Virus record (IMG/VR): IMGVR_UViG_3300021256_002629
Coordinates: 74,510-138,509 of that record
Strand: one strand, 5' to 3'
Length of the DNA stretch: 64,000 bases
Origin: a virus
Lineage: Duplodnaviria; Caudoviricetes
Part shown: positions 27,862 through 38,079 of the stretch, piece after piece
How positions within the stretch are numbered: position 1 is the first letter of the stretch
How the letters are laid out: the number at the start of each line of letters is the position of its first letter
Made by a program: the position numbers and the translations under genes
Notes under the pieces: model-generated
The model's input: only the letters and a program-made list of their open reading frames with translations
Database searches by the model: none
What the model was told of the DNA's origin: nothing

Positions 27862-29361
27862 ATGACAGAGGAACTTTTATTAAAAAAGTGGGAAACTTTA
27901 ATTACGGCTTGTAAAAATTATTATGTAGATTCTATTCCTACTGGGATGTTAGATTCCCAATATGATGAATTAGAAAGACGGGCTGCTATTGAAGATAAAT
28001 TTTACGTTAGGGATTATGTTTTCAGAACTTTCTTAATGGGTACAAAAACTAAAAACCATTATATAGAAGAGATATCTAAAACAAAGGTCTCTAGTGGTAC
28101 AATGATCGATGCTATAAGTAAGGTTGAAGCTAATTTAGGCAAAAAATTATACTGTGACCTTAAATATGATGGCACCAGTTTAGCAATATATGTTGACCCA
28201 GATACCGGAGTTCCTAGACGAATTGTAACTGTTGGAAATTTGAACTTAAAAGATTTTGGTGTAGATCAAACATGGAAACTAATCAATTTCTTACCAGCTA
28301 GATTTCCAAAAGGTATTGTAGCAATTCAAGCTGAGGGATTAGTAGATATCAACAGATTTAGTGATGGAAATCCTGAAAGAGCTAGACAGAAAGCTAATGG
28401 CCTAATAAATTCGAAATATTGCGAGCGTGAAGTTAGTAATCTACTCACAATCAGAGCTTATAGATATTATACAGCCGAGACAGTAGAAGGACTAGCTTTG
28501 AGAAATTCGGACTATAGAGAAGTATTAAAAACATTTCCTGTAGTTCAATCTCCAATTGACGGACATATCTTATTTGCTCCGGCACAAACGTGGACAGTTG
28601 AAGAATTGAAAAAGATGCCTGGATTTTGTGAGATTGATAGAACATCTACAAATACCGGAACTTTCTTGAATGATGGTTGGGTTTTGTATGATGAAAACGG
28701 CATTTGTCAAGGAGCTTTGAAATATTCTGGAGCTGGAAGCGGTGAAGTAATTAAAACCACAGTAAGAAGCATACAGTGGAATAATCAAGTAACTAAGGGC
28801 AAAGATAGCTGGTCTGCAAATGTAATAATTGATCCAGTTGAAATTAAAGGCTCAGTTATTAAAAAACCCAGTGCTGGTTCAGTAAGTAAAATGGTAAAGA
28901 ATAAAATTACTCCAGGAGCGGAAGTTAGTATTATTCTAGCCAATAGTACAATTCCTATGGTTGGAGAATCATTTACTTCAGGCAATGGAGATTTTATGTG
29001 GCCTACTTGTAGTTGTGGGTATTCCATGACTGATAAAGATGTCTATGGCTCTAATTTGAAATGTGGAAATCCTATGTGTTCTGAAAGAATTTCACGAATG
29101 AGAGGAGTTATTTCAAAGTATAAAGACATTCACAAAGAACTAAATTTATCAGAATTATTAGTAATTGATAGATTTAAGAATTGGGAAAATATAGATGTAG
29201 ATACTTTATTAGAATTCGTGGAAAATAATAATAAAGAGGAATTTTCTAAATATTTAATGAAGTACATGACAACGGATCTTCAAAAGAAAAATATGGAATT
29301 AGTTTGGAGACCTGCCTTCCTAGTATTAAAAGAAGTATATGATCAAAACAAAAAAATCTAA
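27862..29361 (+). CDS. ligA: NAD-dependent DNA ligase (no BRCT domain evident)
   Basis: YY...DSQYDEL domain Ia, KYDG adenylation motif, NDG, ALKY, C4 zinc finger CSC...C...C. Confidence 0.85.
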   Translation: MTEELLLKKWETLITACKNYYVDSIPTGMLDSQYDELERRAAIEDKFYVRDYVFRTFLMGTKTKNHYIEEISKTKVSSGTMIDAISKVEANLGKKLYCDLKYDGTSLAIYVDPDTGVPRRIVTVGNLNLKDFGVDQTWKLINFLPARFPKGIVAIQAEGLVDINRFSDGNPERARQKANGLINSKYCEREVSNLLTIRAYRYYTAETVEGLALRNSDYREVLKTFPVVQSPIDGHILFAPAQTWTVEELKKMPGFCEIDRTSTNTGTFLNDGWVLYDENGICQGALKYSGAGSGEVIKTTVRSIQWNNQVTKGKDSWSANVIIDPVEIKGSVIKKPSAGSVSKMVKNKITPGAEVSIILANSTIPMVGESFTSGNGDFMWPTCSCGYSMTDKDVYGSNLKCGNPMCSERISRMRGVISKYKDIHKELNLSELLVIDRFKNWENIDVDTLLEFVENNNKEEFSKYLMKYMTTDLQKKNMELVWRPAFLVLKEVYDQNKKI

Positions 29362-29725
29362 AGACTTTACAGAGACAACTCTATTAGTATATAATAATCT
29401 AACTAAAAAGTATGGATTTTCAGCTAGATTATCAGATATTTGGGATCTACTGAGAGATGCATTTTCGATTGATGATTTTGATATTTTAGACACAAGATTT
29501 ATTGATGTCGTAAAACTTCAAAATTATCTTATCAAAGTACAGAGAGATTGGCAAGCAGGATTGGACGTTGATTTTGGTGAATTTGCTAAAACTTTGCTAG
29601 AAATAGGCGACTTTTCTAGAGGTGAGAAAACAATGTTCACAGATGGAGCAATCGAAGAAAGACTTTGGGGAATTTTGCTTGCTGTAACTAGACCCAGAGA
29701 AGATTTAAAAGTAGAAAACTTATAA
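29339..29725 (+). CDS. Hypothetical protein
   Basis: 128-aa ORF in operon. Confidence 0.65.
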   Translation: MIKTKKSKDFTETTLLVYNNLTKKYGFSARLSDIWDLLRDAFSIDDFDILDTRFIDVVKLQNYLIKVQRDWQAGLDVDFGEFAKTLLEIGDFSRGEKTMFTDGAIEERLWGILLAVTRPREDLKVENL

Positions 29726-29748
29726 TTATAAAATAAACATTATTAATA

Positions 29749-30375
29749 ATGATCGAAGTTAATTTGTATTCAATTCCAGCTGGTGAAGTTACAGCTAGAG
29801 TTGGTAAATGTATTGCACGTAACAGATTTGATAGAGATGCAATGGGAACTACTCCAGAAGAATTTTTGAAAGGATTCTTGAGAAATAATTTTGATAAGAT
29901 TGAAGGCGGTCTTAATGCTGTAAATGATCAGTTAATAGATGCTATCAATTCTAATAAAGTCTTGTCTCGTCGTGATTTGGCTTGCATTAATCACTATTTG
30001 ATTCAGTCTGGATATATGTTTCAGATTATTAATGTAGCAGATGACGAAGAGAATCCTGTTGGTGTACCTAGTGGAGAAGTTAGTGAATGGAATGTAATCG
30101 ACAAAAATTTTATACAGAACGATTACCCTACCGCTACTAAAATTATCCCTGGAAATAAAGACCATGCACAAATTCTCAAACAAGTCGTAGAGCAGTCTGG
30201 TTTATTTGATAAAGATAAATTTAGTGGCTTGAAAAATCCATTTACAGAACTCCTTAACAATCTAGAAATGATTAAGAAAGAGTCTGGCCAGATTAACGCA
30301 AATATCGTAACTAAGATTTATGCTTTGTTAGATGAATGCGGGATTGAAATATTCTGTGCTGTAAGTGAGGATTAA
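29749..30375 (+). CDS. Hypothetical protein
   Basis: 208-aa ORF in operon. Confidence 0.75.
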   Translation: MIEVNLYSIPAGEVTARVGKCIARNRFDRDAMGTTPEEFLKGFLRNNFDKIEGGLNAVNDQLIDAINSNKVLSRRDLACINHYLIQSGYMFQIINVADDEENPVGVPSGEVSEWNVIDKNFIQNDYPTATKIIPGNKDHAQILKQVVEQSGLFDKDKFSGLKNPFTELLNNLEMIKKESGQINANIVTKIYALLDECGIEIFCAVSED

Positions 30376-30662
30376 TGAGAACCATATTTTCGATTAAAAG
30401 GCTGTTGTTTTTATTGACAGCCTTTCTTTTTAGCAAGATATTAGTCGTAGCTAGCGAACCTAATACATCTATTCTTATTTTAGATGATTGTGGTGCTGAA
30501 CTTTCTGTAGTAAAGGATGATAGTTATGTGGTTTATCATTCAGACAGCGCTTGTATGATAGATTGTAGTACTTGGGCTGACGGTACTTATTCTGCAAAAA
30601 TTTGTGAAAAAGAAATTATTTTTGAAATAAAAGATGGCATCATTACAAACAGACATAATTGA
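30375..30662 (+). CDS. Hypothetical protein with signal-peptide-like N-terminus
   Basis: MRTIFSIKRLLFLLTAFLFSKILVVA. Confidence 0.55.
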   Translation: MRTIFSIKRLLFLLTAFLFSKILVVASEPNTSILILDDCGAELSVVKDDSYVVYHSDSACMIDCSTWADGTYSAKICEKEIIFEIKDGIITNRHN

Positions 30663-31083
30663 AATCTATAATGCGTTATCGGTATTTAGTAAACAAGTAA
30701 TAGAAAGTGAAGAGCCAAGACCAATAAATGTTTGGTTTGATGAAGAATTTAACTCATTTGCTTTCGAACTAGAGGGTAAATCTGTTCGAATTCGGAGTTT
30801 AAGCTATTATTGTCTTGATCTTCCTAAATTAAAGAACAAAACTTTCTTACTTCCAGAAGATTATGATGTTTTAATGTCTTCCCTTCTGAAATTAATTAAA
30901 TCCGGTAAATTAATAGAGGATAGACTTTGTGTCAGTCCTGAGAATTTGGGATTTAAGGTCTTTTTGGCGAATCCTAACATTATTAAAGGAGGTCCACGTA
31001 TCATTGGAAGTTTCAAATTCGTATCAGGAAAATCTTGGTTGTTTAAAGCTCTAACTAAATTTAAATACGGTTTATGGGATTAA
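30634..31083 (+). CDS. Hypothetical protein
   Basis: 149-aa ORF in operon. Confidence 0.65.
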   Translation: MASLQTDIIEIYNALSVFSKQVIESEEPRPINVWFDEEFNSFAFELEGKSVRIRSLSYYCLDLPKLKNKTFLLPEDYDVLMSSLLKLIKSGKLIEDRLCVSPENLGFKVFLANPNIIKGGPRIIGSFKFVSGKSWLFKALTKFKYGLWD

Positions 31084-31523
31084 TAATCAAATTTAAAAAA
31101 CTAGCGGACTCTGCAACATTGCCTCAGTATGTACATAAAGGTGATGCTGGAATGGACGTTAGTACTACAATCAAAGAACCAATTACGTTACAACCCCTTC
31201 AACGTTACTTATTTTCTACTGGCCTTTGTGCAGATATACCTTTAGGAGCAGAAATTCAAGTAAGACCGAGAAGTGGTTTAGCAGCTAAGCACGGAATCAC
31301 TGTTTTAAATTCTCCTGGAACAATAGATAGTGGGTATAAAGATGAAATTAAAATAATATTAATAAATCTTTCAAATGAACCCTTTACTATTAATCCAGGT
31401 GATCGTATTGCGCAATTCGTTATTAGTGAAATCAAAGATGTTACTGTTTTAGAAGCGACAGAAATTGATGAAACTGATAATCGTGGTGGAGGATTCGGAC
31501 ATTCTGGTATTGAAAAATTATGA
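31074..31523 (+). CDS. dut: dUTPase (trimeric)
   Basis: AGMD, PRSGLA, NSPGTIDSGY, GDRIAQ, RGGGFGHSG motifs. Confidence 0.95.
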   Translation: MGLIIKFKKLADSATLPQYVHKGDAGMDVSTTIKEPITLQPLQRYLFSTGLCADIPLGAEIQVRPRSGLAAKHGITVLNSPGTIDSGYKDEIKIILINLSNEPFTINPGDRIAQFVISEIKDVTVLEATEIDETDNRGGGFGHSGIEKL

Positions 31524-31834
31524 AACTATTTGGCTGGTTAAATCCAAATCAAGCGGCAGAAGAAGTATGGTGTTCTATTCACAGTTCACTTCTCTCTGGT
31601 GAATTGTTACTTGGATATAAAAATACTAGTAGTGGTGATATTTCCAGATTAGTAATAGTATTAAACAAGGACAATAGTTATGGAATTGGATTAATTACTT
31701 CTGGTTATACTGAGTTACTACCTAGTGTTCCATTAGAGTTTCTTTCAATCCTACATGAAGATCTGAAAGCGCAAAAATTAGATAAAAAAGTTTTAGAGGA
31801 TATTAAATACATTATTGATAATAAAAGAATATGA
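31520..31834 (+). CDS. Hypothetical protein
   Basis: ORF overlapping both neighbours by ATGA. Confidence 0.65.
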   Translation: MKLFGWLNPNQAAEEVWCSIHSSLLSGELLLGYKNTSSGDISRLVIVLNKDNSYGIGLITSGYTELLPSVPLEFLSILHEDLKAQKLDKKVLEDIKYIIDNKRI

Positions 31835-32853
31835 GATTTTTAGCAATTGATTTAGGTTACTCAAATGTAAAAGTGGCTTATTATAATGAGTCGGGAATTC
31901 TGCAGTTTGATAAATATATTTCTGCAGTAGCGAAAGTAGATCAACCTATGGAAGCAGATGATGATGTTATGTTTCGATTAGGACCAAACTACTATATTAT
32001 TGGACCAGCAGCATTGAAAACATCTAGATCTAATATAATTAAGTTGGAAACTTTTGAAGATCTTAAGAATGTTTATCCTGTTTGGGTTTCATATCTATTG
32101 AAAAAGTATGGTGGAATGGAGAAATTTGATAAGGTAGTAATAGGTTTGTCAATGGCATTCTCAGAAAAAGCAGAAGAATTGTTAACCTACCTATGCGACT
32201 CCCTTATGATACGTGATGATAGTTATTTCATGTGTCTTCCACAAGGATTAAGCTGTAAATTGGCTTATTATGAAAAAGGTCTTGATATTAAAGATCCTAA
32301 AAATGAGCCAAAACTTAAGAACTTTATTATAGTAGATGGTGGATTCTTGACTGTGGATTGCTGTGCAGTTATTTCATCTAAATCTAGTTCTGGCTCTGCG
32401 ACTGGTATAGCAAATACTGGGGTTATTAGAATCGTATATAATATTGTAGATTATATCTTTAAAGAGTACGAATTAAAGATTTCAGTAAAAGAAGGTCAGA
32501 AAATACTAGATCAAGGAGGAATATTTAACAGAAGAGGCGTTAAATATGATATTTCAGAACAAGTAAAGCAATTTACTAAAGAATATCTTAACTCAGTCTT
32601 GGATTTACTTGAGAAAAATTATAGTGAACAGCTTGATGTAGTAGATGGAGTTCTTATTCTTGGGGGATTGGCCTATTTCTTTCAAAAATATATATCTGAA
32701 AACGATAGTGATGTGATAAAAATGATAAGCAAGCATTTCCCTGTTGATTTTATCCACTATCCATTGTATGACAGCGAGTTCTTCAATGCGTATTCATATT
32801 TAATAGCCGCTGAGAAGGTTACTGCTAACGCTGCTAATGAAAATTCAAAATAA
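31831..32853 (+). CDS. ParM/StbA-like actin-family ATPase
   Basis: Phosphate 1 AIDLGYSNVK, connect PQG, phosphate 2 IVDGGFLTVD, adenosine LILGGLA. Confidence 0.8.
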   Translation: MRFLAIDLGYSNVKVAYYNESGILQFDKYISAVAKVDQPMEADDDVMFRLGPNYYIIGPAALKTSRSNIIKLETFEDLKNVYPVWVSYLLKKYGGMEKFDKVVIGLSMAFSEKAEELLTYLCDSLMIRDDSYFMCLPQGLSCKLAYYEKGLDIKDPKNEPKLKNFIIVDGGFLTVDCCAVISSKSSSGSATGIANTGVIRIVYNIVDYIFKEYELKISVKEGQKILDQGGIFNRRGVKYDISEQVKQFTKEYLNSVLDLLEKNYSEQLDVVDGVLILGGLAYFFQKYISENDSDVIKMISKHFPVDFIHYPLYDSEFFNAYSYLIAAEKVTANAANENSK

Positions 32854-32917
32854 GAAAATAATAAAAAGGTATGATAGATAATATATTCTAATATTATTTA
32901 TTATACCTTTTATTTAA

Positions 32918-33376
32918 ATGATATATATGAGTGATTATTCAACAATAAAGGGGCAGGCATGGATTTATAAGGATACTTCACTTGTTCAAGATGAGATCAG
33001 GATTTATGACAATTCTATAACTTCAAATGTAATAGTAACTTTAATTGATAATATTTGGAACGATCTCCTAAGTTCTGCAGGCCAATGGAAAAAATCCGGT
33101 GAAAAGTTTTTTTATTGGGAGTACGAACAAACGGCTATTTCAGATGGAGTCAATTTTTTTACGAAGGTGAAAATAGAGTGTCCACATCCTAAACCAGGGC
33201 TTATAAAATCGTTGTTTCCCTCAGATATAGATCCTAAAGACTGGGATTTATCTACGTTAGAGTCAGATTGGGCTAAATATTGGGCTGAAGTAGAGAAAAG
33301 AAGCTCAAGTATAAATCAAGAGGTAATTAAGAATCGTAACATTACTGAAGAAAATATTAACTTATTATTACTATGA
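32918..33376 (+). CDS. Hypothetical protein, paralog of 33373
   Basis: Shares IKGQAWI..TSLVQD, FFYWEYE, ECP.P, IDPKDWDLSTL.SDWAKYWA. Confidence 0.7.
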   Translation: MIYMSDYSTIKGQAWIYKDTSLVQDEIRIYDNSITSNVIVTLIDNIWNDLLSSAGQWKKSGEKFFYWEYEQTAISDGVNFFTKVKIECPHPKPGLIKSLFPSDIDPKDWDLSTLESDWAKYWAEVEKRSSSINQEVIKNRNITEENINLLLL

Positions 33377-33981
33377 GTAGAATTATAAAAGGACAAGCTT
33401 GGATTCATGAAAATACTTCGCTTGTTCAAGACATGACTATTGTATATGATAATGGAAGAAGGGTATCTTGTCCAGCGCAAATATTAATTTCTGATATTTG
33501 GAGTGATCTAGATAAGGCCACTGGAAATGAGTGGAAACGATTAGATGTGGACAGTAGCTTTTTCTATTGGGAGTATGAATACACAAATCTAGAGACTTTT
33601 GTAGATGAAGTAACTAAATTTGAATGTCCTAAGCCTACAAAAGAGTACTATGATGAAAAATTTCCAAATATAGACCCTAAAGACTGGGATTTATCTACAT
33701 TAGATTCAGACTGGGCTAAATATTGGGCTGGATTGGTGAAGATTTCAAATATAAATTACTCAAATCTCTCTGTTTGGAAAGATACAAGTACTTCTTTAGG
33801 TGGAGTTCCAAACGTAAATGACTGGAGTGGTGTAGGAAGATTAAAATTTGGAACTACACAAGATAGGCCTGATTTCCCAATTGGATCTGGACAAGGTTTT
33901 CAATATTTTGATACAACTATAGATAAACCTATATGGTGGACTGGATCTAAATGGGTTAATGCAACGGGGTCTACTGTTTAA
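33373..33981 (+). CDS. Hypothetical protein with C-terminal GTTxxRP...G.QYFDTT..KPIWW.G..W motif (seen on phage tail-associated proteins)
   Basis: C-terminal motif recognised by eye; paralog of 32918. Confidence 0.6.
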   Translation: MSRIIKGQAWIHENTSLVQDMTIVYDNGRRVSCPAQILISDIWSDLDKATGNEWKRLDVDSSFFYWEYEYTNLETFVDEVTKFECPKPTKEYYDEKFPNIDPKDWDLSTLDSDWAKYWAGLVKISNINYSNLSVWKDTSTSLGGVPNVNDWSGVGRLKFGTTQDRPDFPIGSGQGFQYFDTTIDKPIWWTGSKWVNATGSTV

Positions 33982-34094
33982 TAGACTTCTACATAAAGGT
34001 GTGGTTTATATAGCCACACTTTTTATTTATCATTTAGCCTAGATTTTTATTTTCTCCTCAAAATCTTATTTATGAAACCTTTAATGATTTTATT

Positions 34095-34703
34095 ATGACA
34101 GAAAAAGAAGCTGAAGATTTGTGTAGAATGATAAGAGTAGGAGTAGATTTAAGTAAGCCCAAGTACAATTATCATCCAAAAACAAAAGATGAATTAAAAT
34201 ATTTAGTTGAAAAACTAATTGAAGAAAGGGGAAATGAGGCAGATTTGAATGATGTTGACGTTTCCCAAATTAAAGATATGAGTTTGATATTTTATCAATC
34301 TAAATTTAACGGCGATATTTCTAATTGGGACGTTAGTAGAGTTGAGAATATGTGGTCGATGTTTAATAGTTCTCAATTTAATGGGGATATCTCAAAATGG
34401 AATGTTAGTAAAGTGAAGTGGATGAATGGAATGTTTTCTTGCTCTAAATTTAATGGTGATATTTCAAATTGGGATGTTAGTGGAGTGTGGAGGATGAGTG
34501 GGATGTTCTACAAGTCTCAATTTAATAGTGATATTTCAAAGTGGGATGTTAGTGGAGTGAAGGATATGGAAGTGATGTTTTACGGTTCTAAATTTAATGG
34601 GGATATTTCAAATTGGGATGTTAGTGGAGTTGAGAATATGGGTGGAATGTTTTGGGAATCTAAATTTAACGGCGATATCTCTAAATGGACTAAGAAACCA
34701 TAA
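34095..34703 (+). CDS. DUF285/BspA-like 24-aa repeat protein (6 repeats)
   Basis: MTEKEAEDLC leader, PKTK.EL...GNEADLND.DVS cap, (SxFNGDISxWxVSxVxxMxxMFxx)n. Confidence 0.9.
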   Translation: MTEKEAEDLCRMIRVGVDLSKPKYNYHPKTKDELKYLVEKLIEERGNEADLNDVDVSQIKDMSLIFYQSKFNGDISNWDVSRVENMWSMFNSSQFNGDISKWNVSKVKWMNGMFSCSKFNGDISNWDVSGVWRMSGMFYKSQFNSDISKWDVSGVKDMEVMFYGSKFNGDISNWDVSGVENMGGMFWESKFNGDISKWTKKP

Positions 34704-34780
34704 TAAAAAGAAACCCGGATTAATCTGGGTTTTTATTTTCTCCTCAAAATCTTATTTATGAAACCTTTAATAATTTTATC

Positions 34781-35320
34781 ATGACGGAAAAAGAAGCTGA
34801 AGAGTTGTGTAAGATGGTAAGAATAGGTGTAGATTTAAGCAAACCTAAATATAATTATCAACCAAAGACAAAAGAGGAATTAGAAGATCTTATTAAGAAA
34901 TTAATTAAGGAAAGGGGAAATGAGGCAGATTTGAATGATATAGACGTTTCCCAAATTACGGATATGGGTTTGGTATTTTATGATTCTCAATTTAATGGCG
35001 ATATTTCTAATTGGAATGTTAGTGGGGTTGAGGATATGTGGTCGATGTTTAATAGTTCTCAATTTAATGGGGATATCTCAAATTGGGACGTTAGTAGAGT
35101 TAAGGATATGAGTGGAATGTTTTCTTGCTCTAAATTTAATGGCGATATTTCTAAATGGAATGTTAGTGGAGTGAAGAATATGGGGCGTATGTTCTACAAG
35201 TCTCAATTTAATGGGGACATTTCAAATTGGGATGTTAGGAAGGTGAGGGATATGAGCTGGATGTTTGAAAGTTCTCAATTTAAAGGCGATATTTCTAAAT
35301 GGACCAAGAAACCGGAATAA
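34781..35320 (+). CDS. DUF285/BspA-like repeat protein (5 repeats)
   Basis: Same architecture. Confidence 0.9.
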   Translation: MTEKEAEELCKMVRIGVDLSKPKYNYQPKTKEELEDLIKKLIKERGNEADLNDIDVSQITDMGLVFYDSQFNGDISNWNVSGVEDMWSMFNSSQFNGDISNWDVSRVKDMSGMFSCSKFNGDISKWNVSGVKNMGRMFYKSQFNGDISNWDVRKVRDMSWMFESSQFKGDISKWTKKPE

Positions 35321-35398
35321 AAGAAAGACCTGGATAAATTTATCTGGGTTTTATTTTCTCCTCAAAATCTTATTATTGAAACCTTTAATAATTTTATT

Positions 35399-36373
35399 AT
35401 GACGGAAAAAGAAGCCGAAGATTTGTGCAGAATGGTAAGAGTAGGAGTAGATTTAAGTAAACCCAATTATAAATATTATCCAGAAACAAGAGATGAATTA
35501 AAAGATCTAATCAACAAACTACTTGAAGAAAGAGGAATTGAGGCGGATTTGAATGATGTTGATGTTTCCAAAATTACGGATATGAGAGAAGTGTTTGCTT
35601 GGTCTCTGTTCAATGGAAATATTTCAAAATGGGATGTGAGTAAAGTGAGGAATATGTGGGGAATGTTTAGAAATTCTCAATTCAATGGAGATATATCTAA
35701 TTGGGATGTTAGTGGGGTTGAGGAGATGAGAGGAATGTTTTGGTATTCTCAATTTAATGGTGATATTTCAAATTGGGATGTTAGTGGGGTTGAGAGTATG
35801 AGTTGTATGTTTGCTTCTTCTGAATTTAATGGCGATATCTCAAATTGGAATGTTAGTAATGTGAATAGTATGTGGGAGATGTTCCGTAATTCTCAATTTA
35901 ATGGAGATATTTCAAAATGGAATGTTAGTAGGGTTGAGAATATGTGTGAAATGTTTTCTCGTTCTCAATTTAATGGCGATATCTCAAAATGGAATGTTAG
36001 TAAAGTGAAGTGGATGAATGGAATGTTTTCTCGTTCTCAATTTAATGGGGATATCTCAAATTGGAATGTTAGTAGTGTGGAGGATATGGAAGGAATGTTT
36101 GAATGTTCTGAATTTAATGGAGATATCTCAAAATGGAATGTTAAGGAGGTTGTAAATATGAAAAAAATGTTCGCTAATAATAAATCTGCTAATATTCCTG
36201 ACTGGTGTCCTAATGAAAGTTTACTACGCAGAGTACTATCATTCTTAATGTGTAGGTATCCCGATCCTGAAAAAAGTTTTTGGAGGCCACTATATACAGT
36301 ATTACTGTTCTTAATAGGTATAGTAATGCTAGCGTTATTAGAATATTATGATCCAATGGGTAAGTATAAATAA
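35399..36373 (+). CDS. DUF285/BspA-like repeat protein (8 repeats) with C-terminal TM helix
   Basis: Repeats then LYTVLLFLIGIVMLALL. Confidence 0.9.
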   Translation: MTEKEAEDLCRMVRVGVDLSKPNYKYYPETRDELKDLINKLLEERGIEADLNDVDVSKITDMREVFAWSLFNGNISKWDVSKVRNMWGMFRNSQFNGDISNWDVSGVEEMRGMFWYSQFNGDISNWDVSGVESMSCMFASSEFNGDISNWNVSNVNSMWEMFRNSQFNGDISKWNVSRVENMCEMFSRSQFNGDISKWNVSKVKWMNGMFSRSQFNGDISNWNVSSVEDMEGMFECSEFNGDISKWNVKEVVNMKKMFANNKSANIPDWCPNESLLRRVLSFLMCRYPDPEKSFWRPLYTVLLFLIGIVMLALLEYYDPMGKYK

Positions 36374-36397
36374 TTATTAATTTAATTAATTTTTATT

Positions 36398-37651
36398 ATG
36401 ACGGAAAAAGAAGCTGAAGATTTATGCAAAATGATAAGAATAGGAGTAGATCTAAGCAAACCTAAATATAATTATCAACCAAAGACAAAAGAGGAATTAG
36501 AAGATCTTATTAAGAAATTAATTGAAGAAAGGGGAAATGAGGCAGATTTGAATGATGTTGATGTTTCCCGAATTACGGACATGAGAGAATTGTTTGCTAA
36601 TTTTCCTCAATTCAACGGAGATATATCTAATTGGGATGTTAGTGGAGTTGAGGATATGAGTTTTATGTTTAATGGTTCTGATTTTAATGGTGATATTTCA
36701 AAATGGGACGTGAGTAAAGTTGAGGATATGCATTTTATGTTTGCTTATTCTGAATTCAATGGAGATATTTCTAGTTGGAATGTTAGTAGAGTGTGGAATA
36801 TGAGTGGAATGTTTAAAGATTCTAAATTTAATGAGGATATTTCAAATTGGAGTGTTAGTAAGGTGGAGAATATGAGTTATATGTTTTATGAGTCTCAATT
36901 TAATGAAAATATTTCAAATTGGGATGTTAGTGGGGTGGAGAATATGAGTTATATGTTTTCCTATTCTCAATTCAATGGAAATATTTCAAATTGGGATGTT
37001 AGGAGAGTTGGAGAGATGAGTAATATGTTTTCCTGTTCTCAATTCAATGGAGATATTTCTAATTGGGACGTTAGTGGAGTTGAGGATATGAGCTGGATGT
37101 TTGCCTCTTCTCAATTTAATAGGGATATTTCAAAATGGAATGTTAGTAAAGTATGGGATATGAGGGGAATGTTTAATAGTTCTCAATTTAACAGCGATAT
37201 CTCTGAATGGAATGTTAGTAATGTTGAGGATATGGGTTGGATGTTTCAGTATTCTAAATTTAATGGAGATATCTCAAATTGGGACGTTAGTAGAGTTAAG
37301 GATATGAGTGGGATGTTTGCTGGCTCTCAATTTAATGGAGATATATCTAATTGGGACGTTAGTAGAGTTGAGAATATGAGTAAAACGTTTTATCTATCAT
37401 TTAAATTTGATGGAGATATTTCTAAATGGGATGTTAGTGGTGTTAAGTGTATGGATGAAATGTTTGATAACTATAAACCTACTGATGGTATCCCAAAATG
37501 GTATCTTAGTAAAAAAGATAATAAAGAATGTGTAGTAAAGAGTGTAACAACCACTCCTGCTAACGACTCCTATAATAGTATTCTTAGTGCTATTATAAAG
37601 CAGCTACTATTTATTGTAATAATGTTAGCAATATTTTATTTCATTAAATAA
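36398..37651 (+). CDS. DUF285/BspA-like repeat protein (12 repeats) with C-terminal TM helix
   Basis: Repeats then LLFIVIMLAIFYFIK. Confidence 0.9.
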   Translation: MTEKEAEDLCKMIRIGVDLSKPKYNYQPKTKEELEDLIKKLIEERGNEADLNDVDVSRITDMRELFANFPQFNGDISNWDVSGVEDMSFMFNGSDFNGDISKWDVSKVEDMHFMFAYSEFNGDISSWNVSRVWNMSGMFKDSKFNEDISNWSVSKVENMSYMFYESQFNENISNWDVSGVENMSYMFSYSQFNGNISNWDVRRVGEMSNMFSCSQFNGDISNWDVSGVEDMSWMFASSQFNRDISKWNVSKVWDMRGMFNSSQFNSDISEWNVSNVEDMGWMFQYSKFNGDISNWDVSRVKDMSGMFAGSQFNGDISNWDVSRVENMSKTFYLSFKFDGDISKWDVSGVKCMDEMFDNYKPTDGIPKWYLSKKDNKECVVKSVTTTPANDSYNSILSAIIKQLLFIVIMLAIFYFIK

Positions 37652-37693
37652 TATGACGTTTTTAAATTATTAACTTAAAATTATCTATTAATT

Positions 37694-37972
37694 ATGAAGT
37701 ATATCATGTCAACAGTTGTTATTTGTTTAGCAATTTTTTGTGGGATTTTCTGCTATAATAAAATCAGAGAATCTAAAATTATGTCAGATGTTATTGAAAA
37801 CGACATAGTAATTTATAAAGAAATCTCTCCCAACCTTTTAGGAAGCCCAACTTTTTACATACAAACGCTCAATGGGGGAGGAGAAGTTGATGAAAAATCC
37901 TATCAATCCATCAATATTGGAGATAGAATTAATTATCGAAACGTCGGTAATAAAATTTTAATAGTCTATTAA
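37694..37972 (+). CDS. Small membrane-anchored hypothetical protein
   Basis: N-terminal hydrophobic helix; VDEKSYQSINIGD tail. Confidence 0.65.
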   Translation: MKYIMSTVVICLAIFCGIFCYNKIRESKIMSDVIENDIVIYKEISPNLLGSPTFYIQTLNGGGEVDEKSYQSINIGDRINYRNVGNKILIVY

Positions 37973-38079
37973 ATACAATTAAGCCTAGAAGATCAAATTC
38001 TAGGTTTATTTTTCTTTTTCCACCTAATTAACTTATATATGAAAGAAAAATATATTTAAACCCTATTTTAGATAAATTT

